This document shows, piece after piece, positions 38,767 to 44,453 of a DNA stretch of 44,453 nt (the stretch's first letter is position 1; each line of letters starts with the position of its first letter). The notes below the pieces were generated by a model. That model saw only the letters and a list, made by a program, of their open reading frames with translations. It had not been told where the DNA came from and ran no database searches. A program made the position numbers and the translations under genes. Origin of the DNA: an uncultured bacterium (GTDB taxonomy: Bacteria; JAGOEH01); assembly GCA_964632485.1 (NCBI GenBank), contig CAZWDO010000008.1, positions 124,001 through 168,453 on the forward strand, read 5' to 3'.

Positions 38767-39519
38767 TTATAGAAATTTATTTTTAATTTCGATTAACGAG
38801 CTGTAAAAGCTGATTTCCTGGCGGGGAATTCTAAATTTATCGCTATTTGCTGTATAGAAGCCTTTATTGCTGCAAGCCGCAAATTTTATTCCCAATTGAG
38901 GTAGCAATTCTTCAATTTTAATAGGTATCGCTCCATGTGGATATGAAAAACTCTGAATATCTATGCCGGTTTCCCTAAAATTTTCGATTCCCTTTCTTAG
39001 ATCAGCTATTGTTGATGAATCAAGCCTTTCTGGGAATGGCTGATGATAATAGGCGTGCATGCCAATTTCCACATATTCTGATTGGGCCATTTTTTTTAAA
39101 GAATCCATACTCATTAAAGGATAAATCTCTTTTTGTGTGTTTTTAATGATTTCGCCAATAGCCATAAAAAACGTTGCTTTTACTTTGTACTGTTCTAAAA
39201 GGGGTAGAACTTCTGTATAATTATCTTCGTATCCATCGTCAAATGTTAGTACAACCCGATTTGGTTCATTGGAATTTCCAATTTCTCTCAAAAAAATGGA
39301 ATTGAATTTGTGTTCGGTTATAAAATCCAATATTGATAAGAATTTATTTTTGGTTATTCGAATTCCAATAGCATCTTTTTTATGTATATAATCACCAACA
39401 GAATGCAACAGGAGAACCGGAATGCCGGAGTTGTATCGGTTAGTGTATCTATTTGGAATGAGAGCTCTCAAATAGTAATATAAGTGCTTTAGATAAAAGT
39501 AGAGTTTGGGAAGTTTCAC
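38767..39519 (-). CDS. Polysaccharide deacetylase (CE4/NodB-like)
   Basis: PVLLLH, VLTFDDGYED, ATFF, IGMHAYYH, FSYPHG and IPR motifs. Likely GTG start at 39519 (GTGA overlap). Confidence 0.88.
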   Translation of the reverse strand: MKLPKLYFYLKHLYYYLRALIPNRYTNRYNSGIPVLLLHSVGDYIHKKDAIGIRITKNKFLSILDFITEHKFNSIFLREIGNSNEPNRVVLTFDDGYEDNYTEVLPLLEQYKVKATFFMAIGEIIKNTQKEIYPLMSMDSLKKMAQSEYVEIGMHAYYHQPFPERLDSSTIADLRKGIENFRETGIDIQSFSYPHGAIPIKIEELLPQLGIKFAACSNKGFYTANSDKFRIPRQEISFYSSLIEIKNKFL

Positions 39520-40583
39520 AATCTGATTGGTTTGTAATAAGAAGGGCAATCCCGGCAAATATCGGGTGGATTGGGGGATTTTAATTGTCTTCTGAATTCC
39601 TGATAGGAGTGATTATTCCAAATAGTCGTAAAACTTTCTTGTAGTATATTTCCAAAATTAATTGTATCAGGATTTGCCCCGTGCATACAACAGGGAGTAA
39701 CATAACCCTCTGCAGTAATGTAGGCACTCTTCCAAGGCCATTTACAGAATCTGGGACAAGCTGTATCCGGTGTATTTTCAAGTATGAATTTTAGTCCCAG
39801 TTGATTAGCTTTTTGTTTCGCGTTTCTGAGTTGATATTTAAACTGATGTGCATTTTGGACCAGAGATTGGTCTGTCCATTCATTTTTGAATTTATTATTA
39901 CCCCAGAAATGAATAGTCTGCAGGAAAAGTTTATCGACTTCAAGCTCAGCGGCGAGTTCAATAATGGATTCGAGGCAATTCAGATTATGAGTACCGATAA
40001 CAGTCGCTATACCTGTTTCAACTTTATATCCTGATTCTCTTTTCAGACTTAGGAAAGTTTTAAATTGCTGTATAATAAGCTTAATATCTGCTCCAGGTCG
40101 TAATTTTTGAAATTGTATCTCATCCGATGAATCAATCGAAATATTTATCCAACTGATTCCTGCTTCCAGAAGCTTCCGACTTTTTTCTTCGGTCAAAAAC
40201 ATTCCGTTACTGGCAATCCCTACCGCTATATTTTTGTCCCTTAGCATGTTAATCATTTTAGTAAGTTCCGGATTCAGAAGAGGTTCTCCCATCCCTACCA
40301 GATTTATTTTCCTTATAAAAGGAAACTGTTCGATAATTTTTATGAAGTTTTCAAAAGATAAATGGGATTTATTGTTGCGGTTGGGATTCCAACATGTTTG
40401 ACATGTAAGATTGCAGTGGGTTGTCGGTTCGATTTGCAAGAATAATGGTTGGCTTTTAAGATATGCGGGTTCAAAATAATGATCCATAATAGCGGATATT
40501 GCATTTTTTTTGCAGGCCCATGACGAATTTGTCAGTATATCCACTAATATTTGATATTTTGATATTTTAATTTTTTTATTCAT
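39516..40583 (-). CDS. Radical SAM protein with SPASM/Twitch domain
   Basis: IEPTTHCNLTCQTC, GMGEPLLNP; CKWPW...GYVTPCC...FGNI...CRDC. Confidence 0.92.
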   Translation of the reverse strand: MNKKIKISKYQILVDILTNSSWACKKNAISAIMDHYFEPAYLKSQPLFLQIEPTTHCNLTCQTCWNPNRNNKSHLSFENFIKIIEQFPFIRKINLVGMGEPLLNPELTKMINMLRDKNIAVGIASNGMFLTEEKSRKLLEAGISWINISIDSSDEIQFQKLRPGADIKLIIQQFKTFLSLKRESGYKVETGIATVIGTHNLNCLESIIELAAELEVDKLFLQTIHFWGNNKFKNEWTDQSLVQNAHQFKYQLRNAKQKANQLGLKFILENTPDTACPRFCKWPWKSAYITAEGYVTPCCMHGANPDTINFGNILQESFTTIWNNHSYQEFRRQLKSPNPPDICRDCPSYYKPIRL

Positions 40584-40609
40584 TTGTCGATCAATATATC
40601 AAATTAATT

Positions 40610-40822
40610 TTAATGTTTAATTCCTTCAATAAAAGGAATCTCAAATACTTTTCTATGAATAATCGGGCCATTGTCGAGGTAATCCTGGAGGGGCGGTTCT
40701 ATCGTTTCTTTTATTTTTAATTCAAGCTTGTTGTCGCGAAATTCCAAAGAGCCAATATAAATGGTTTTATGTTTTAACCAATAGAGTTCGCCGATTAATT
40801 TGCTCAATCGCTTGATTGTCAA
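40610..40822 (-). CDS. Hypothetical protein, possibly the C-terminal remnant of a disrupted gene
   Basis: Co-oriented and ends 26 bp before the radical SAM start. TTG start with no clear SD and no recognised motif. Confidence 0.3.
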   Translation of the reverse strand: MTIKRLSKLIGELYWLKHKTIYIGSLEFRDNKLELKIKETIEPPLQDYLDNGPIIHRKVFEIPFIEGIKH

Positions 40823-41059
40823 ATATAGATTATTAATAATAGTACGAAAGCCTTCTTAAATGTCTTCGTGACTTAATATTATATATTTGTGAGTGTTTAG
40901 GTGGTCATAGTTTTATAGGTAATTATCTATTTGAATTTTATTATTATATTCCTTAGTTAGACCTTTTCATTCATTTCCCTTTTGTAGGATGATATTAGAT
41001 AATACCTGTGCGGCATATTTATGAACAGCTAAATTTCTATGATAGTTATATTGTAACAA

Positions 41060-41480
41060 GCCATGTGATTAAGATTGGGGGATAAACAGATTATTAATGA
41101 AGACTCCTTTAAGGGCTTGAAAAGCGCAAACATTATTTTTCATGACGTGGTGATATTGCCACGAATTTGATAGAAATAATCGGCCCCTTGTGAGGTGCGA
41201 AAACAACCGGATATTTTCTGCTTGAACCAGATCGTGAGAATGCTCCAGTCCCCAAAGTTATTGTCTAATGGAACGCTCCAATCATTCTTTGAACGCAGGA
41301 TTTCCGATCGGAAGTTAAAGAACCGGTTGAGTAGATTTTGGGATTTGGATTGTTTGGTTCGACCCCGTTTTGTCACATGAACAACCGGGGAGGCAAAAAT
41401 AGTGTTTATAATTGTCGTTTTGACGGCGGTCAATATTTGGTGGCAGGTTCAATTAAATTGGATGATCAAGGCCTTGCTGA
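41060..41480 (-). mobile_element. Second IS66-family transposase C-terminal relic
   Basis: KRGRTKQSKSQNLLNR, VPLDNN and KQKISGCFRTSQGADYFYQIRG motifs. The 3' nucleotide sequence visibly aligns with 36860-36940. Confidence 0.82.
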
Positions 41481-41696
41481 TCAGCATATTGAACAAATTA
41501 TGAAATAAGTGGACGATCCATATAACTCATTGAACTCAAATGGGGAAGTCTGCAATATTTGAGCGCCATTGTGAAATATTTGGAGCTGGTCATAATTCGA
41601 TAATCTAAAGTTTGGTAAAGGTAAGCGAAGAGCTATAGAAATTATAAATAATAAAAATATGAGGAAAAATTTTTGTTTAGACATTTTTTGAAGCAA
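41481..41696 (-). pseudogene. N-terminal fragment of a membrane protein (GT-C/ArnT-like start) ending at the IS66 relic
   Basis: TM helix ending IALRL followed by a YD loop. The frame ends where the IS66-like sequence begins. Confidence 0.4.
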
Positions 41697-41849
41697 GTCT
41701 GCTTTGATTTTGCATTTTTAAAATTAACAGTTTAAAAAACTTCATTTCTGTTTGATGACTTAGAAAGTTTAATCAAATTACTCAGAAAATATAAATAAAT
41801 TTTGCTCCTGGTCGCAAATGCAATCATATTGGGAGGAAGCAAATGGGTT

Positions 41850-42180
41850 CTGAATTCCTCCATGCCGGTTGATCGATTTTATCACCTGCTGAATATATCC
41901 ATTCAGATTGGTTTGAATATCGTCAGTAGTATAGCATAAAACGCCCCAGCCATGGCTATCGAGTGTATTGGCGCGTTTTTATCGCGCTGAATGTCGTTTG
42001 GCCGTGTATGGAACATATTGCCATCGCACTCTACATCAAAATTACGATTTTTACAAAACTACGCGAAATCCATGTAGAATGTCTGATGATCTGCATTGAA
42101 GCAATACTGTCGTTCCCCCCACTGATTTTTGGGAAATTCGATACTACTTCTGCTCAAATGCCAAATCAAAATCCCGAGTA
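41850..42180 (-). pseudogene. DUF559/Vsr-like PD-(D/E)XK endonuclease pseudogene
   Basis: My translation: ERQYCF...FYMDFA*FCKNRNFDVECDGNMFH...QRDK, then a frameshift to RANTLDSHGWGVLCYTTDDI. In-frame TAG at 42059-42061. Boundaries are approximate. Confidence 0.65.
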
Positions 42181-42255
42181 TTTGGTAGAAGGGTTACTGA
42201 TCTATCATGGACTGAATTTTGATGGGTCATCTTTTATAGACAATAGACTATTGTC

Positions 42256-42960
42256 TTAGATCGGGATATTATCGGTACCGGTTATTATGTTATTGATGAT
42301 TTTATCAAGGTCTCTTTTAACTGCAGTTTTAATACTGGGATTAATCCATTTGATCGTTTCTAAACTTTCTTCCGGAAATGAACTCAGAATATCTGTAACT
42401 ATAATAGGATCTATGGGCGATTCTTTTTGCGCAGCTTCGGCAATTATTTCAGGCCAATTGAAATTGAATTTTTTTGATAGCCCCCATATATCAACGATAT
42501 CCTTGGGTTCATAGCGATAGAGCGCGGTGATTTTGTTTGATAGCATATTCCGCCACGAATCGATTTTTCCAAGTATCGGATTATATTCAAAATCACCAAA
42601 ATGGGGGGTAGTATCGTTCACCAGGTCGATTTTTAATTGGATATCCGGTTCATGGGTATGATAAATAAAAAACTGGGTATAATCTGAAGTCCGGATAATA
42701 TGCTGCAAATCGATCCGCAGTCGTTGGTTATTTTTTTTATCGGAGAATAAATGAAAAAATTGATCAATGTAGTGAGGATAGTTGGGGTCCCGGTTGAGAA
42801 AAAAATTCAGATCATCGGAAAATCTATGCTGGCAATACTGGCGGGAGATGGCGGTACCACCGGTCAGATAGAAGGGTAGATTGCATTCTCTGACGAGCTT
42901 CAGCGCCCCATTCTGCAGGGGGTAAAGCTTCTCCGTGTAGTAGGCAGCGTACGCGTTCAT
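42256..42960 (-). CDS. AbiEii/AbiGii-family nucleotidyltransferase toxin (type IV TA-like)
   Basis: FYLTGGTAISRQY, HRFSDDLNFF, LKIDLV, NKITAL and RYEPKDIVD motifs. Confidence 0.88.
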   Translation of the reverse strand: MNAYAAYYTEKLYPLQNGALKLVRECNLPFYLTGGTAISRQYCQHRFSDDLNFFLNRDPNYPHYIDQFFHLFSDKKNNQRLRIDLQHIIRTSDYTQFFIYHTHEPDIQLKIDLVNDTTPHFGDFEYNPILGKIDSWRNMLSNKITALYRYEPKDIVDIWGLSKKFNFNWPEIIAEAAQKESPIDPIIVTDILSSFPEESLETIKWINPSIKTAVKRDLDKIINNIITGTDNIPI

Positions 42961-43228
42961 ATCGTTCTCTTAATTCGGGTATGCGGATTTTTTGAATATG
43001 TTCCCGGGTTAAATTGACTTTGACGGTTTCGATTCCATATAGTTTCAGCAAATCATACCACCCTAGCCGCTCGAACATCCGCTGCCATACCCAAAACTCG
43101 TTGAACGGACCTATGGCTTCTTTTTGTCGGCTGGCTATCAAATAGAGATCGTACGGATCGAGATTGTAATCCCATACGATCCGCTTGATGATGGAACGAA
43201 TGGCGTCGGGTGATTGTTCTTGTTTCAT
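42824..43228 (-). CDS. Putative cognate antitoxin of the AbiEii-like toxin
   Basis: Small helical protein (IVWDYN...RMFERLGWYDLL) immediately upstream of, and overlapping, the toxin gene. Confidence 0.65.
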   Translation of the reverse strand: MKQEQSPDAIRSIIKRIVWDYNLDPYDLYLIASRQKEAIGPFNEFWVWQRMFERLGWYDLLKLYGIETVKVNLTREHIQKIRIPELRERYERVRCLLHGEALPPAEWGAEARQRMQSTLLSDRWYRHLPPVLPA

Positions 43229-43370
43229 ACTTTATCATTTGGGTTGACTGTTATATGGGTTAAAATTTACTCAACAGTCGATGGAAATGCTGAATATACA
43301 ACCCTAAGTAGTTGTAAATGTAGATGATGGAATTGTTTTACTCATGATTGTATCTTCGGAAATGAGTGTT

Positions 43371-44201
43371 TCAGAACCAGGTTTTATACAGGGTCCACCC
43401 GCCGAGAACTATGATGGCGATACCCAGGATATAATGCAAGTATTCTTTTTTCAGGATGCGGGTTACCAGCGGGCCAAAAGGCGCTACCATGACCGAACCG
43501 AGGATCAAAGCGATAGTTAGCGGCCAGTTGAGGATGGTGTTGGAAAACAGGGTGGCGGTAAATTGTGTTACCGGCATGGAGAAAATCGATTCCGAGGATT
43601 CGGCTGCCATCTTAGCAAATACGTAGGTCAGAAACGACATGATGCAGATGGGCGCCTCTGCCAGTGTGGTCACGCCGATGGCGCGCTTGTGTTCCTGTCC
43701 GGCCAGAATTTGTCCGGCAGTTACCACCGGGCCGAAACCACCTCCGGAAAGCCCTTTGTTGAAGGCGCTTAATATGCCGATACCCATCATTTTTTTCCAT
43801 GAAAAACTAAACGACTGATTGCGTAAAATGATTACTCCCATGGTCAGTACCAGCAGTCCAATATAGGTATTCAAAGCGGTTTTAGGAATTTTAATGGCGA
43901 TCAGCGCGGCCAGAATAGTCGCGAACATGCCAAACAGGGTAATCACCGAGGCAATTTTGAAATCCTGTGAAGCGGGATGAAAAGAGACGTTTTCAAACCG
44001 GTGATGAAACAGTGAGGCGATCAGACCGCCAAAAGCTTGCGACAACAATACAGCCGGTACACAAATCAGGGGTTCAAAACCCATGATCAGCAGAGTAGGG
44101 GTGAGCAGGGTGCCATACCCCATGCCGATTGACGAATCGATCATTTCATACAAAAAGGCCAGCGCGAAAATTAGTAAAAACATACCGACGGTCAGTTCCA
44201 T
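43371..44201 (-). CDS. TauE/SafE (sulfite exporter) family membrane protein
   Basis: IDSSIGMGYGTLLTPTL and NKGLSGGGFGPVVT internal repeat motifs; about 8 TM segments. Confidence 0.9.
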   Translation of the reverse strand: MELTVGMFLLIFALAFLYEMIDSSIGMGYGTLLTPTLLIMGFEPLICVPAVLLSQAFGGLIASLFHHRFENVSFHPASQDFKIASVITLFGMFATILAALIAIKIPKTALNTYIGLLVLTMGVIILRNQSFSFSWKKMMGIGILSAFNKGLSGGGFGPVVTAGQILAGQEHKRAIGVTTLAEAPICIMSFLTYVFAKMAAESSESIFSMPVTQFTATLFSNTILNWPLTIALILGSVMVAPFGPLVTRILKKEYLHYILGIAIIVLGGWTLYKTWF

Positions 44202-44453
44202 TTTTGTTCCTTTTATATTGTGATTTTAAAAAAATGCGAAGGTTGTAATTGTGAATAGCAACTACGTTTTGGTTTGCATACGGTCGGAATTACGGGTTTG
44301 GGCGCCGCATCGCCCTGCAAGTGTACTTTTGGGACATTTTGGTTTTCAGTCCAGCCGCGTTGAAATCTTCCCGGTTTTTGACAATGGTTGTTGATTTTGA
44401 ACGGATCTTCCAAGCTCGAAATGGGGTCAACTTGTTTTAAGTCAATTTATTAA

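Noticed and set aside
41963-42259. Plus-strand 98-aa ORF
   Set aside because: Antisense to the DUF559-like pseudogene, with no recognisable features.
44213-44413. 66-aa ORF upstream of the TauE gene
   Set aside because: TTG start, no motif and at the window edge; cannot be supported as a gene.
1-44453. CRISPR arrays, tRNA or rRNA genes
   Set aside because: No regularly spaced direct repeats or recognisable structural RNA genes were seen by eye. A tRNAscan/Infernal run would be needed to exclude them formally.

Overview
A 44 kb bacterial scaffold window, probably metagenome-assembled, with three 10-N gaps at 10129-10138, 24306-24315 and 27280-27289. Two Por/T9SS-type C-terminal sorting tails point to the FCB superphylum (inference). 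Nearly all genes are on the minus strand. Left to right: partial recC; a large amidase/'xanthan lyase'-like lipoprotein; ACT protein; paaK-like ligase; nagA; a divergent WaaA-like glycosyltransferase; ltaE; hutI-hutU; a TPR-GGDEF protein. Next is the most interesting locus (14.5-20.0 kb): a ~297-aa protein with a YxxP RiPP-type leader and 23 tandem CxxG repeats, translationally coupled to an HprK-related P-loop kinase and followed by three short radical SAM/SPASM-Twitch enzymes and a GT-A-like glycosyltransferase. It resembles a SynChlorMet-type cassette but has no visible PqqD/RRE gene. After that come a GT-B/DUF218 fusion, two secreted CTD-bearing enzymes (C39-like peptidase, GHL10), HEPN and tag. 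An AT-rich surface-polysaccharide tailoring island (28.2-41.7 kb) is interrupted by DUF4338/IS66 relics. The window ends with a DUF559 pseudogene, an AbiEii-type toxin/antitoxin pair and a TauE/SafE transporter. All family calls come from motifs read by eye; no database searches were run.
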